A stretch of 63,992 nucleotides of DNA, the filler included, from an uncultured Myxococcia bacterium (GTDB lineage: Bacteria; CAZTWC01), in the NCBI GenBank assembly GCA_964617105.1. It is 5 parts of 5 records of this genome, joined end to end, with 100 filler letters (N's around TTAATTAATTAA, not from the genome) between each part and the next. Parts side by side here need not be neighbours in the genome. Positions count along the whole stretch, not along the records: positions 28,779 to 42,749 come from CAZTWC010000074.1; 4 more parts are not named here. One strand, 5' to 3'. How positions within the stretch are numbered: the stretch's first letter is position 1; the number at the start of each line of letters is the position of its first letter. The position numbers and the translations under genes were made by a program. Of the stretch, positions 30,969 through 41,060 are shown in pieces. The notes under the pieces were generated by a model, which had not been told where the DNA came from, did not search any database, and was given only the letters and a program-made list of their open reading frames with translations.

Positions 30969-32258
30969 ATGACCATACCAGCAGAAAAAGGAAAAGTTGC
31001 CATTGTAGTAGGCGGTGGCCCAGCCCCCGGAATTAACGGCGTAATCCATTCCGCCACTTTGCATGCCCAGGAGTTGGGTTATGAGGTTATCGGTTTACGC
31101 GATGGTTACCGCTGGCTATGCGAAGGGCAGAAAAAAATTATCAACCTGAACACCGACCTGGTAAGCCGCATCCATCTGGAAGGTGGCAGTATTCTGGGTA
31201 CTGCCAGAACCAACCCAACCAAAAAAGAGGCGCTTCTAAAAAAGGTGGTTTGCTCCCTGGTAGATATGGGAGTGACCAAACTGGTTTCCATTGGTGGTGA
31301 TGATACCGCTTTTTCCGCCTACAAGGTGGGTGAATATGCCAGTAAAAATATGGGGGTGACCCTTAACTGCGCTCATGTGCCCAAAACTATTGATAACGAC
31401 CTGCCCCTGCCCGAGGGGATTCCAACTTTTGGCTATGAAACCGCCCGCCAGGTGGGTACCTACCTGTTGACCAACCTGATGAACGAGGCTAAAACCTCCA
31501 GCCGCTGGGTCATTGCCGTGGCCATGGGCCGTTCAGCGGGACACCTGGCTCTGGGAATGGGCAAAAGTTCCGGAGCCACCCTGACTCTTATTCCAGAAGA
31601 GTGGAATGGCGCCCCGGTTAGACTCCCCGAAGTGGTGGATATTATCCTGGGTTCTATCATCAAACGCCTGGTTCATGGACGCCCCTATGGGGTAGTGGTT
31701 TTGGCCGAAGGCTTGATGGAGTATATGGACCATAGCGATCTAAAGATGCTGGATCGGGTGGAAAAAGATGCTCACGGCCATATCCGCCTGGCAGAGATCA
31801 AGTTTGGCGATATGATCAAAGATGAAGTCAAAAAACAGGTGCGGAAAATGAAAGTGGAGATGACCACTGCCATTGACAAAGAGATCGGTTATGAACTACG
31901 CTGCGCCGCTCCCACTGCCCTGGATATCGAATATACTATCAACCTGGGGCACAGTGCCATGGAGTTTCTCCACAATGGCGGCACCAATGCCCTGATCACT
32001 GTGCAGGGCAACCAGGTGGTTCCAATCCCCTTTAGCGAGATAATGGATCCCCAAACTGGTAAAACCCAGGTGCGGCAGGTGGATATTAATTCGTTGCAGT
32101 TCAAGATAGCCCGGGAATATATGATCCGGCTGGAACCAAGTGATTTCGATTCCAATATCATGCTGGAAAAGATGGCCATGGCCGCCAACATGACCTCTGA
32201 ACAATTTGTTGATCGTTTTGGCTATCTGGTGGGCCGGAAACTCTCGCCTCATCAATAG
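30969..32258 (+). CDS. pfp: Pyrophosphate-dependent 6-phosphofructokinase
   Basis: GGGPAPGIN, GGDD and PKTIDND (PPi-type residues), MGR, GYELRC. Confidence 0.88.
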   Translation: MTIPAEKGKVAIVVGGGPAPGINGVIHSATLHAQELGYEVIGLRDGYRWLCEGQKKIINLNTDLVSRIHLEGGSILGTARTNPTKKEALLKKVVCSLVDMGVTKLVSIGGDDTAFSAYKVGEYASKNMGVTLNCAHVPKTIDNDLPLPEGIPTFGYETARQVGTYLLTNLMNEAKTSSRWVIAVAMGRSAGHLALGMGKSSGATLTLIPEEWNGAPVRLPEVVDIILGSIIKRLVHGRPYGVVVLAEGLMEYMDHSDLKMLDRVEKDAHGHIRLAEIKFGDMIKDEVKKQVRKMKVEMTTAIDKEIGYELRCAAPTALDIEYTINLGHSAMEFLHNGGTNALITVQGNQVVPIPFSEIMDPQTGKTQVRQVDINSLQFKIAREYMIRLEPSDFDSNIMLEKMAMAANMTSEQFVDRFGYLVGRKLSPHQ

Positions 32259-33142
32259 ACAGTAGTTGTTCTCACTACCCGCAAACCCAAAATGGCGAGG
32301 CGACTGTCGGGATAATCGTGGCTGCGGAAGGCTGACCGGCATGTCCTGGCATGATCACTATAACTGCCGCCGCGGTGACTCCGGCGGTCGCCCGATACAG
32401 GTCCAACCGGGTCTGTTGCCGGACCTGATAAGTAATCTTCCCGCCAATCCCACACCCACTCCACAACATTACCGCTCATGTCGTAGAGTCCCCAGACATT
32501 GGCCTCTTTTCCTTTTACTGGATGAATCTTATAATCGGAGTTAAAGTCAAACCAGCCAATCTTATCGAGATTTGGATCAAGGCCATACTCTTCGGTTATG
32601 TCACCGCTGTAAAAAGCGCTCCCGCTCCCTGCCCGGGCAGCATACTCCCACTCCGCCTCGGTGGGCAGGCGATACCCTTTACACTCCTGGGGCCGGGTAA
32701 ATTTATCTTTCAATTTACACTCTTTTACTTCCTTGCCGCTGCCGCTGCAGTCAAAACACTCCTCATAATCCCTGCTCCCGGAGAGGACATTGCAAAAGGC
32801 AATTGCCTCATGCCAACTCACACTCTCCACCGGACAATCATCTCCACAGGATGAAAATTTACTAGGATTATAACCCATTAAATGGCTGAACTCCTTTTGA
32901 GTCACCTCTGTGGCGGCTATTTCAAAATTGTATGTCAAGGTGACCTGATGGAGATCCTCATCATCTTTGCGGCCACCTTCACTCTCTGGACTCCCCATGG
33001 TAAAAGCGCCGCCAGTGACTGGAACAAAACCTGGAGTGTTGGTTTTCTCCTCCTCTGAACTGCCGCCACTATCCGCTGAATCACAGTTGAGAATGAATAA
33101 AAAAAATAAAAAAGCCATAATTACGGTTAAATATTTACTCAA
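32252..33142 (-). CDS. FGE-sulfatase/SUMF1-domain lipoprotein
   Basis: Lipobox-like ILNC; FTMGS, PVESVSW, RLPTEAEWEYAARAG, GLYDMSGNVVEW, RGGS. Confidence 0.9.
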   Translation of the reverse strand: MSKYLTVIMAFLFFLFILNCDSADSGGSSEEEKTNTPGFVPVTGGAFTMGSPESEGGRKDDEDLHQVTLTYNFEIAATEVTQKEFSHLMGYNPSKFSSCGDDCPVESVSWHEAIAFCNVLSGSRDYEECFDCSGSGKEVKECKLKDKFTRPQECKGYRLPTEAEWEYAARAGSGSAFYSGDITEEYGLDPNLDKIGWFDFNSDYKIHPVKGKEANVWGLYDMSGNVVEWVWDWREDYLSGPATDPVGPVSGDRRSHRGGSYSDHARTCRSAFRSHDYPDSRLAILGLRVVRTTTVY

Positions 33143-33206
33143 TCTAACTACCTCCTGGCAATCTGATCAGAAATGGAGGGCAAATGTGGGGCTAAAACCC
33201 CAAACT

Positions 33207-33242
33207 AAAAAGGGGTTGCAGGTCATGACAACCCGCAACCCC
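33207..33242 (-). terminator. Rho-independent terminator after the duplicated tRNA 3' end
   Basis: GGGGTTGC...GCAACCCC stem followed by a T run on the minus strand. Confidence 0.7.
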
Positions 33243-33251
33243 CTGATATAC

Positions 33252-33299
33252 ATGGTGCCCCCGGCAGGAATCGAACCTGCGACACGAGGATTAGGAATC
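33252..33299 (-). repeat. attR-like duplicate of the tRNA-Arg 3' half
   Basis: 48-bp direct repeat of 34331-34378 with one mismatch. Confidence 0.95.
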
Positions 33300-33588
33300 G
33301 TAATCCAACCGCAAGCAACAAAACATCACAATCAACTACATCAATATATTCAAAATGTTATGCTGAATGGCTTATTGTGTCAAGTGGTAATTTGTTGCTT
33401 GTTTTTGTGGCTGAGTGCACCATTTTTGCACCATTTTTTTTCTTTTCATTGGCAAATTTCTGGCTATCGCTATTTGGAGATAATGGCAAAGTTGCTAAAA
33501 ACAGTTGAGATTGATAAGATAGGAAATGGGTTACAAATGTCAATTGCTCTAAGCCCGCCAATGTCTCAAAGAGAAAAGAGGTATAAAA

Positions 33589-33843
33589 ATGTCTGTCCAA
33601 CTAAATATAGAACTGCCTGAAAATGTTTTCTCCGCCCTTAAAAAAGCCCCCAATGAATTTGTTGAAGAGATGCGCCTGGCGGCAGCGGTAAAATGGCATG
33701 AAATCGGCCTAATCTCCCAATCAAAAGCGGCTGAGATAGCCGGAATAAGCAGGCATAAATTCCTGGAGGCATTATCAAGATTCCAGGTATCTCCTTTTCA
33801 GGTGACAGCGGATGAGTTGAAAAAGGAATTTAATAATGGGTAG
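33589..33843 (+). CDS. UPF0175-family putative antitoxin
   Basis: EMRLAAAVKW, ISQSKAAEIAGISR HTH; overlaps the next gene by 8 nt. Confidence 0.88.
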   Translation: MSVQLNIELPENVFSALKKAPNEFVEEMRLAAAVKWHEIGLISQSKAAEIAGISRHKFLEALSRFQVSPFQVTADELKKEFNNG

Positions 33844-34327
33844 GAAATGGGTGGTAAACTCTTCCCCATTAATTATTCTGGGTAAAATAGGTCAGATAAA
33901 GTTGCTGGAGGATTTATCGGACAAACTAGTTATCCCGGAAGGTGTTTTGGAAGAGATAAATCAAGGGCCGGCCAGCGATAAGGCCAGGAGATGGTTAAAT
34001 GGAGGGCAAGGCGAACAATATATCCAAAAAATTGAACATTTTTCCCCTAAAGTAATTGCCTGGGATCTTGGATTGGGTGAAACGGAGGTAATATCCTGGA
34101 CTGAACAAAATACAGATTATACTGCTATCATCGATGATCGGGCGGCCAGAAATTGTTGCAAGGCGTTAAACACCGAAGTAATTGGCTCTTTGGGAATGAT
34201 CCTAATCGCTAAAAAAGATGGCATAATTAAAGAAATAAAACCGCTGCTCAATCAGATAATTGCCCAAAATTTCAGAATTTCATCGAAAATTAAGGCATTG
34301 ATCCTGGAGTTGGCCCAGGAAAAGTGA
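33836..34327 (+). CDS. DUF3368 PIN-domain putative toxin (VapC-like)
   Basis: VVNSSPLI, LGLGETEVI, IIDDRAAR, GSLGMILIAKKDG. Confidence 0.88.
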   Translation: MGRKWVVNSSPLIILGKIGQIKLLEDLSDKLVIPEGVLEEINQGPASDKARRWLNGGQGEQYIQKIEHFSPKVIAWDLGLGETEVISWTEQNTDYTAIIDDRAARNCCKALNTEVIGSLGMILIAKKDGIIKEIKPLLNQIIAQNFRISSKIKALILELAQEK

Positions 34328-34331
34328 AGTA

Positions 34332-34407
34332 TGGTGCCCCCGGCAGGAATCGAACCTGCGGCACGAGGATTAGGAATCCCCAGCTCTATCCCCTGAGCTA
34401 CGGGGGC
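34332..34407 (-). tRNA. tRNA-Arg(CCU)
   Basis: 76-nt cloverleaf: acceptor GCCCCCG/CGGGGGC-ACCA, anticodon loop TTCCTAA, T-arm GCAGG-TTCGATT-CCTGC. Confidence 0.96.
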
Positions 34408-34479
34408 ATTGATTGATAAGATTGATAAGATTGATAATTTTCTTATCTCAATACTGATGAAAAGTCAATTGCCATTTAC

Positions 34480-34998
34480 CTACTCAAAATTGATCATGGA
34501 ATAAATCTGATCTGGGGCCAACTTATCCCGGCCTTTTAAAAAGCCTAGTTCGATTACAAAAGCCTGCTCCACCACCTGAGCCTCCAATTTTTTTAGCATC
34601 CTGGATACGGCCTGGGCGGTGCCGCCGGTGGCTAATAGATCATCCATGATAATCACTTTGTCGCCAGGCTTGATATCATCCTGGTGGATCTCTAAAGTAT
34701 CGGTGCCATATTCCAACTCATAAGTCTCTTTCAGGGTTTTACGGGGCAATTTGCCCGGTTTGCGCACCAGGAGCATCCCTTTGCCCATCTTCTGGGCCAA
34801 AGCGGCACCAAAAATAAATCCCCGGGACTCTACAGCCACAATATAATCGAAATCTAGGTTCTGATAGTGTTCCTGAAAAGTATCTATAACCTTTTTAAAG
34901 GTATCTGGATTCTTTAAAACCGGAGTAATATCTTTGAAAATAATCCCAGGCTTGGGAAAATCGGGCACATCGCCAATCATCTTATTTAACCATTCCAT
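34480..34998 (-). CDS. apt: Adenine phosphoribosyltransferase
   Basis: PDFPKPGIIFKDIT, ESRGF, RKPGKLP, DDLLATGGT; start placed at MEWLNK after RBS GGAGAG. Confidence 0.97.
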   Translation of the reverse strand: MEWLNKMIGDVPDFPKPGIIFKDITPVLKNPDTFKKVIDTFQEHYQNLDFDYIVAVESRGFIFGAALAQKMGKGMLLVRKPGKLPRKTLKETYELEYGTDTLEIHQDDIKPGDKVIIMDDLLATGGTAQAVSRMLKKLEAQVVEQAFVIELGFLKGRDKLAPDQIYSMINFE

Positions 34999-35386
34999 TT
35001 TGATCTCTCCTTTACGATTTCGCTTCATCCAAATTTCAAGCAGTATATCTAAATCAAACCTATGGGTCAAGGATGGACAGGTACAAATATTGCAAAAATA
35101 CCAGACGTTAAACATTTTTCTACTGGCAATATCAAATGACGAGAAACTGTATTATGTTAATTTGTCTTGCTATTTTACCCAGTTACGCCTACTATTTTAA
35201 AATATATTTATCTCTTGTGGTTACTAACAAAAATTTAATGCATAGAGCAAAAACCAAAATTGAGATAGAGGATCTGGCTGTGGTGGTGCTGGAGAAACAT
35301 TTGGCTGGCCGGCTGACAATTTTTAATGCTATCACCGGGGATTACAAGAGTATTACCGGCTTTCAACTTAACGGGCAAATTGAGTG

Positions 35387-37294
35387 ATGGATGATTTTAA
35401 CCAAAAAATGTCTTCGAAATATACCGCTGCATCTGTCGAGGTTCTGGAGGGCTTGGACCCGGTGAAACGCCGGCCGGGTATGTACACAGACACCCAGCAG
35501 CCTAACCATCTGGCCCAGGAAGTTATAGACAATAGTGTTGATGAGGCCATCTCTGGTTATGCCAATCGTATCGATGTAGTACTGTTTGAAGACGGCTCCA
35601 TCCAGGTCTCGGACAACGGGCGGGGAATGCCGGTGGATCTGCACCCCAAGGAAAAGATTTCTGGGGTGGAGGTGATCCTGACCCGGTTGCATGCTGGCGC
35701 CAAATTTTCCGATAAGGATTATCATTTTTCCGGCGGCCTGCACGGCGTGGGCGTATCTGTGGTCAACGCACTTTCCAAACGGCTGGAAGTTATAATTTAC
35801 CGCGAAGGCAAACAACACGAAATCGCCTTTGAAGGCGGTGACAAGGTCCGGGACCTGGAGGTGACCGGCAACGTGGGCCAAAGACGCACTGGCAGCAAAG
35901 TCAAATTCTGGCCTGATTCCCAGTATTTTGATTCAATAAACTATTCAATCAAAAAACTAAGACACAACCTCCGGGCCAAGGCAGTACTCTGCCCGGGGTT
36001 GATGGTAAAATTTTACAATAAAATTTCTGGCGAAACAGATACCTGGCATTACAAAACCGGATTGAATGAATACCTGATCAACTGCCTTAACGGATGCGAA
36101 ATAGTACCGGAAATCCCTTTTGGAGATGAATTCGAAGGTCATGACGAATATGTTACATGGTCTGTAGTATGGCTGCCCAATCGGGGAGAAAGTATCTGCG
36201 AAAGCTATGTCAACCTGATCCCCACCATGCAGGGCGGTACCCATGTCAATGGTTTCAGACAAGGACTTTTGAATGCCCTGCGAGATTTCTGTAACCTGCG
36301 CAAACTTTTGCCAAGGGGGTTGAAACTGACCCCGGAAGATGTATGGGAAAACTGTGCTTACATCTTGTCAGTAAAAATGACCGACCCACAATTCTCCGGT
36401 CAAACCAAAGAACGGCTCTCATCACGGAAGTGCGCGTTGTTTGTTTCGTCAACAGTCAAAGATGCTTTTGCTATCTGGTTGAACCATTGTCCGGAAATTG
36501 GAGAACAGATTGCTGAAATTGCAATTGAGTCAGCCCGCCGAAGGGTCAAGTCCAGCAAAAAAGTATCGCGGAAAAAAGCCACCAGCGGCCCTACCCTACC
36601 GGGCAAACTATCGGACTGTATCAGCCAGGAATTTGAGCAGTGCGAAATTTTTCTAGTGGAGGGTGATTCCGCCGGAGGATCAGCCAAGCAGGCCAGAAAC
36701 CGCAACACCCAAGCCATTCTGCCCTTGCGCGGAAAAATTTTAAACACCTGGGAACAGGATTCTGAAACTATTTTGTCCTCAAAAGAGATCCACGATATCA
36801 CCGTTGCCATAGGGGTGGAACCCTGCTCTTCCAATATTAAGGGGCTAAGGTATGGAAAAATCATCATCATGACTGATGCTGATTCCGACGGACTGCACAT
36901 AGCCACACTGTTATGTGCACTTTTCCTCAAACACTTCAAACCGCTAATAACCGCCGGGCACGTATATGTGGCTATGCCACCGCTCTATCGTATAGATATT
37001 GGCAAACAGGTCTATTATGCCCTGGAAGAGAACGAGAAAGAGAGCATCATAAAAAAAGCGGAAAAAAAGAGGATAAAACCAAATGTTCAGCGATTCAAAG
37101 GGCTGGGAGAGATGAATCCAGGCCAGCTGCGCGAGACCACCATGGACCCGGACACTCGCAGACTGGCCCAACTGACCATCGATGAGAAGAACACCGAAGC
37201 CCTGTATAAAGTGATGAATATGATGCTACGTAAAAAACAAGCCAGCGCACGCAAAAAGTGGCTAGAAGAAAAAGGAAACCTGGTGGAGATATGA
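35387..37294 (+). CDS. parE: DNA topoisomerase IV subunit B
   Basis: [58 protein letters not shown]; 636 aa. Confidence 0.95.
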   Translation: MDDFNQKMSSKYTAASVEVLEGLDPVKRRPGMYTDTQQPNHLAQEVIDNSVDEAISGYANRIDVVLFEDGSIQVSDNGRGMPVDLHPKEKISGVEVILTRLHAGAKFSDKDYHFSGGLHGVGVSVVNALSKRLEVIIYREGKQHEIAFEGGDKVRDLEVTGNVGQRRTGSKVKFWPDSQYFDSINYSIKKLRHNLRAKAVLCPGLMVKFYNKISGETDTWHYKTGLNEYLINCLNGCEIVPEIPFGDEFEGHDEYVTWSVVWLPNRGESICESYVNLIPTMQGGTHVNGFRQGLLNALRDFCNLRKLLPRGLKLTPEDVWENCAYILSVKMTDPQFSGQTKERLSSRKCALFVSSTVKDAFAIWLNHCPEIGEQIAEIAIESARRRVKSSKKVSRKKATSGPTLPGKLSDCISQEFEQCEIFLVEGDSAGGSAKQARNRNTQAILPLRGKILNTWEQDSETILSSKEIHDITVAIGVEPCSSNIKGLRYGKIIIMTDADSDGLHIATLLCALFLKHFKPLITAGHVYVAMPPLYRIDIGKQVYYALEENEKESIIKKAEKKRIKPNVQRFKGLGEMNPGQLRETTMDPDTRRLAQLTIDEKNTEALYKVMNMMLRKKQASARKKWLEEKGNLVEI

Positions 37295-39588
37295 GAACGA
37301 GCCTACAAAACGGAGTTGAAACCATCCCGCTCCATGAATATTCTGAAAAGGCGTACCTCAATTATGCTATGGCCGTGATCATGCACCGGGCCCTGCCATT
37401 TATCGGAGATGGCCTGAAACCAGTTCAGCGCCGGGTGCTGTATGCCATGTCGGAGTTGGGCCTCAAGAGCACGGCCAAATTTAAAAAATCGGCCCGGACT
37501 GTTGGTGATGTGCTGGGCAAGTTCCATCCACACGGAGATTCAGCCTGTTATGAAGCCATGGTGCTAATGGCCCAACCCTTTTCCTACCGGTATCCTCTAA
37601 TTGACGGGCAAGGCAATTGGGGATGCGTTGATGACCCAAAATCTTTTGCCGCTATGCGCTATACCGAAGCCAAACTGTCCCTTTTTGCCGAGATATTTTT
37701 GTCCGAGGTAGGCATGGGAACAGTGGAATGGGTGCCAAATTTTGACGGTACACTCAGGGAACCTGGTACACTGCCGGCCAGACTGCCAAATATTATATTA
37801 AATGGAACCATGGGGATTGCCGTGGGTATGGCCACTGACATCCCGCCCCATAATATCCACGAAGTTGTAGATGCCTGTATCCATCTACTAGACAGTTCAA
37901 AGGCTACACTGGAGGAGTTGTGCGAACATATCAAAGGCCCAGATTATCCGGGTGGAGCCGAAATTATATCTTCACAAAAAGATATTGTTAATATCTACCG
38001 CACCGGCCAGGGAACAATTCGGCTACGAGCCCTGTGGCACACGGAAAACGGAGATATTGTCATAAAGGAAATACCTCACCAGATTTCACCGGCCAAAATT
38101 ATTGAGCAGATCGCTACCCAGATGCAGGGCAAAAAAATACCCATGGTGACTGATATCCGGGATGAATCGGACCATGATGAACCGGTGCGGATTGTCATAA
38201 CACTTACTTCCAACCGCGTGGATCGCGAAGCGCTGATGCTTCACCTGTTTGCCACCACCGATCTTGAACGTACCTGCCGGGTAAACCTCAATATGATTGG
38301 CCTGGATCGCAAACCCAGGGTTAAAGGGCTGGTTGAGTTGCTTTCTGAATGGCTAAAATTCCGCATCGAAACGGTTAGGCTGCGGCTCTCTCACCGTCTA
38401 GCCAAAGTGATGGAGCGCTTGCATATCTTAGAAGGTCTATTAATAGCCTATCTGAACCTGGATAGAGTGATTCAAATAATCCGTCAAAACGATAAGCCCA
38501 AGCCCATATTAATAAAAGAGTTCATTCTCACCGATCTCCAGGCTGAGGCTATCCTGCAGTTAAGATTGCGGAATCTGGCCAAGTTAGAAGAGTTCAAAAT
38601 CAGAACCGAGCGCGATGAACTGAAAAATGAATCTATCGCCATTGAGAAAATTTTAAATTCAGATGCCAGGCTCAAAACCCTGGTAAAAAAAGAGTTAAAG
38701 ACCGATGCCAAAACCTTTGGTAATCCGCGACGAACCAAAATGGTAGAACGCCAGGATGCCAGGGTGATCGATGTTTTTGATGCCGGACCGGTGGAACAGG
38801 TCACGGTCATTCTGTCCAGCCAGGGTTGGGTCCGAATGGCCAAAGGCTATGAGGTCAAACCCGAGGAATTGAAATATAAGTCTGGAGACGGCTTCCTCAC
38901 CGCTGCTCAGGGTTTGAGCAACCAACCGGCCATTTTTGTGGACACTACCGGCAGGGCTTATGCCACACCAATAAACGGCATGCCCTCTGCTCGCAGTCAT
39001 GGCACCCCGCTGACTGGATACTTCAAAAATCCTACCCAGTCCCAGTTTATTACCGCACTTATGGGTGAACCCAAGCAAATGCTGTTGGTTGCCAGTAGTG
39101 CTGGATACGGATTTATCACAGAGATGCAAAACTTGTTCACCCGGAACCAGAAAGGAAAATCTCTCATCAACCTACCTACCGGGGCTATGCCTTTGGTGCC
39201 CATTCAAATTAAAGGCGATATGGACAATCTCTATGTGGTATCCATTACCAACCAGGGCCGTATGCTGGCATTTCCGTTAAAACACCTGCCAGAATTGTCC
39301 AAAGGCAAGGGGAATAAAATAATCAATGTAATAACCAAAGATTTCAAGGCTGGCAACGATTTTTTAAAGCATCTGTTCTTGCTCCAGGTAGAAGGGACGC
39401 TAATAATATACTCCGGCCGGCGCCATTTCAAACTAACCCCCAATAACTTCCACAGTTATATCGGCAAACGGGCTCAGCGCGGCAAGAAACTACCCCGTGG
39501 TTTCAGAAATGTTGATTCCTTCTCTGTTGAACAGTCTCTCCAGCAGGTACTATTCTCGGAAAACCTGTTATTTGATGAGCAATTATAA
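37291..39588 (+). CDS. parC: DNA topoisomerase IV subunit A
   Basis: [32 protein letters not shown] overlap with the parE stop. Confidence 0.95.
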   Translation: MRTSLQNGVETIPLHEYSEKAYLNYAMAVIMHRALPFIGDGLKPVQRRVLYAMSELGLKSTAKFKKSARTVGDVLGKFHPHGDSACYEAMVLMAQPFSYRYPLIDGQGNWGCVDDPKSFAAMRYTEAKLSLFAEIFLSEVGMGTVEWVPNFDGTLREPGTLPARLPNIILNGTMGIAVGMATDIPPHNIHEVVDACIHLLDSSKATLEELCEHIKGPDYPGGAEIISSQKDIVNIYRTGQGTIRLRALWHTENGDIVIKEIPHQISPAKIIEQIATQMQGKKIPMVTDIRDESDHDEPVRIVITLTSNRVDREALMLHLFATTDLERTCRVNLNMIGLDRKPRVKGLVELLSEWLKFRIETVRLRLSHRLAKVMERLHILEGLLIAYLNLDRVIQIIRQNDKPKPILIKEFILTDLQAEAILQLRLRNLAKLEEFKIRTERDELKNESIAIEKILNSDARLKTLVKKELKTDAKTFGNPRRTKMVERQDARVIDVFDAGPVEQVTVILSSQGWVRMAKGYEVKPEELKYKSGDGFLTAAQGLSNQPAIFVDTTGRAYATPINGMPSARSHGTPLTGYFKNPTQSQFITALMGEPKQMLLVASSAGYGFITEMQNLFTRNQKGKSLINLPTGAMPLVPIQIKGDMDNLYVVSITNQGRMLAFPLKHLPELSKGKGNKIINVITKDFKAGNDFLKHLFLLQVEGTLIIYSGRRHFKLTPNNFHSYIGKRAQRGKKLPRGFRNVDSFSVEQSLQQVLFSENLLFDEQL

Positions 39589-39701
39589 GTTGAGCCTGCA
39601 AAAGGGATGACCTTTGGCCTCGGTATCGGCATCAGCCTCAGTAGGCGCCGCCAAAGGACGAGCAAGATGTGAAGGTTAACGTTGTGCAGAGCAAATATCG
39701 A

Positions 39702-41021
39702 TTATCTCTTTGGGGCACTGGTAGAGTTCGGTTGCCATGAGAAGACGCTAAATAGAGCCTGGTGATCACTCAGATTTTCCTCCGGAGAAGTGGCAATTTC
39801 GGTTTTGATTAGTTGAATAGAGCCAACTTTACTGGAAGGAGGAGGATTTTTCCAGAGAATATGATCTATTTGGCTGTATTCCTCGTTCTTTTTATTCTTG
39901 GTGTTCAGAGCCATGTTGTTGGTGTTGTTAGGGCAGTAAGTGCAGTGGCCGTAATCTTCCTTCAGGTGGCGGGGCGAAGTAAACAACCCGAATTCATTGA
40001 GAAAACGATGTAGATTGTCGTGGTTTGAAGGGAAGACCTCACCAGGCTTTTCCTCATTCCAATAGTATGGATCCACATTGAAGTCACCCAGCAAAATCAG
40101 GGGCAGGTTGTTGGTGGATAGAGAGATGGTATCATTGGCTAAATACTGCAATTGCTGGTAGTTTTCCTGTGGGTAATTTCGTATTTTTAAAATATCGAAA
40201 CCAAAATAATCAGCGGTTAATTCCGTGTGGCTGCACCCCACCTTGATGGCTTTTCCGGCACCCAGGTCCATTTCCACCGATATTCCCCCTCTCTGCACAA
40301 AGTTAGGCCAGTGGTACAGGTTTTTTTTAACCTTTTTAAAGGGATATTTGGAAAAAACCATCACTCCAGGATTCATTCCGTAAGCCGAGATAACCCTCCC
40401 CAATAAGCACCGGTTGAGTATTTCCCATATTGACGGGCTGGCTAAATTTTCTACCCCTAGAGCATAAAGGCAAGACCAGCACCGGGTATTGTCCTGTCGG
40501 CTTATTTTCATCAGTGATGGGCAGTATTTTTGAATGCAATCGGCAGTACCCGTGAAGTTATTTTTTCTGCAGGTTTTAACTTGTTTAGACATCAAGCACC
40601 TGGATACAGTGATTAAATCCATGGTGGAACAGGATGAACCCTGGCTGCTAATCTGGTAGATTACCTGTTTTGGATGATATCTAGCCATTTGCTGGAAATA
40701 TTGGTTATGAGGATAAAGAGAGGTCAGTTTCTGTAAAAGATATTGGCGGTCATTATTATAAAATGCCTCCTGCAGGCAGATAAAATCTGCATTTTTAGAG
40801 CGCAGTTTGGCCACAATACTTTCCCGCCTTTTTTCCCGCCTGTCGTGGGGAACATTTTTTAACAAATAGGTGTTAAAGGTCAAAAAACTTATCTGCAGGG
40901 GGGAATCTGATTCGCTCGATATAGCCGGTTGCGGCGCCAAACCAGATAAAAAGAAAACAAAAGAAATAAAACAGAACATTCTAGATAAAAAGGCTATAGT
41001 TTTTAATAAGATTTTTATCAT
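39702..41021 (-). CDS. Secreted endonuclease/exonuclease/phosphatase (EEP) family protein with Cys-rich insert
   Basis: Signal peptide; LTFNT, DFICLQE, LGDFN, IDHI, SDH. Confidence 0.85.
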   Translation of the reverse strand: MIKILLKTIAFLSRMFCFISFVFFLSGLAPQPAISSESDSPLQISFLTFNTYLLKNVPHDRREKRRESIVAKLRSKNADFICLQEAFYNNDRQYLLQKLTSLYPHNQYFQQMARYHPKQVIYQISSQGSSCSTMDLITVSRCLMSKQVKTCRKNNFTGTADCIQKYCPSLMKISRQDNTRCWSCLYALGVENLASPSIWEILNRCLLGRVISAYGMNPGVMVFSKYPFKKVKKNLYHWPNFVQRGGISVEMDLGAGKAIKVGCSHTELTADYFGFDILKIRNYPQENYQQLQYLANDTISLSTNNLPLILLGDFNVDPYYWNEEKPGEVFPSNHDNLHRFLNEFGLFTSPRHLKEDYGHCTYCPNNTNNMALNTKNKKNEEYSQIDHILWKNPPPSSKVGSIQLIKTEIATSPEENLSDHQALFSVFSWQPNSTSAPKR

Positions 41022-41060
41022 TTAGGATATCTCTTTATTGTTAAGTTGCTATAAAGTAGT

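Larger units (their letters stand above)
33252..34378. mobile_element. Minimal tRNA-integrated genomic islet (no integrase)
   Basis: 48-bp direct repeats 1079 bp apart; arm-site-like TGCACCATTTT x2 at 33416-33437; two-gene cargo. Confidence 0.8.

Noticed and set aside
33252-33299. Second tRNA-Arg gene
   Set aside because: Only the 3' half is present; no D-arm or 5' acceptor strand.
32967-33620. 217-aa ORF spanning the att duplicate
   Set aside because: Overlaps the FGE gene antisense and translates the tRNA fragment (MVPPAGIEPAT); no integrase motifs.
35136-35387. 83-aa ORF upstream of parE
   Set aside because: No recognisable motif or RBS; lies in a divergent promoter region; cannot be supported.
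37258-37290. Track's longer starts for parC (also apt, tetR, the pilin and the gltH-like gene)
   Set aside because: Downstream ATGs fit RBS, overlap and family N-termini better; the extensions run into neighbouring genes, promoters or repeats.
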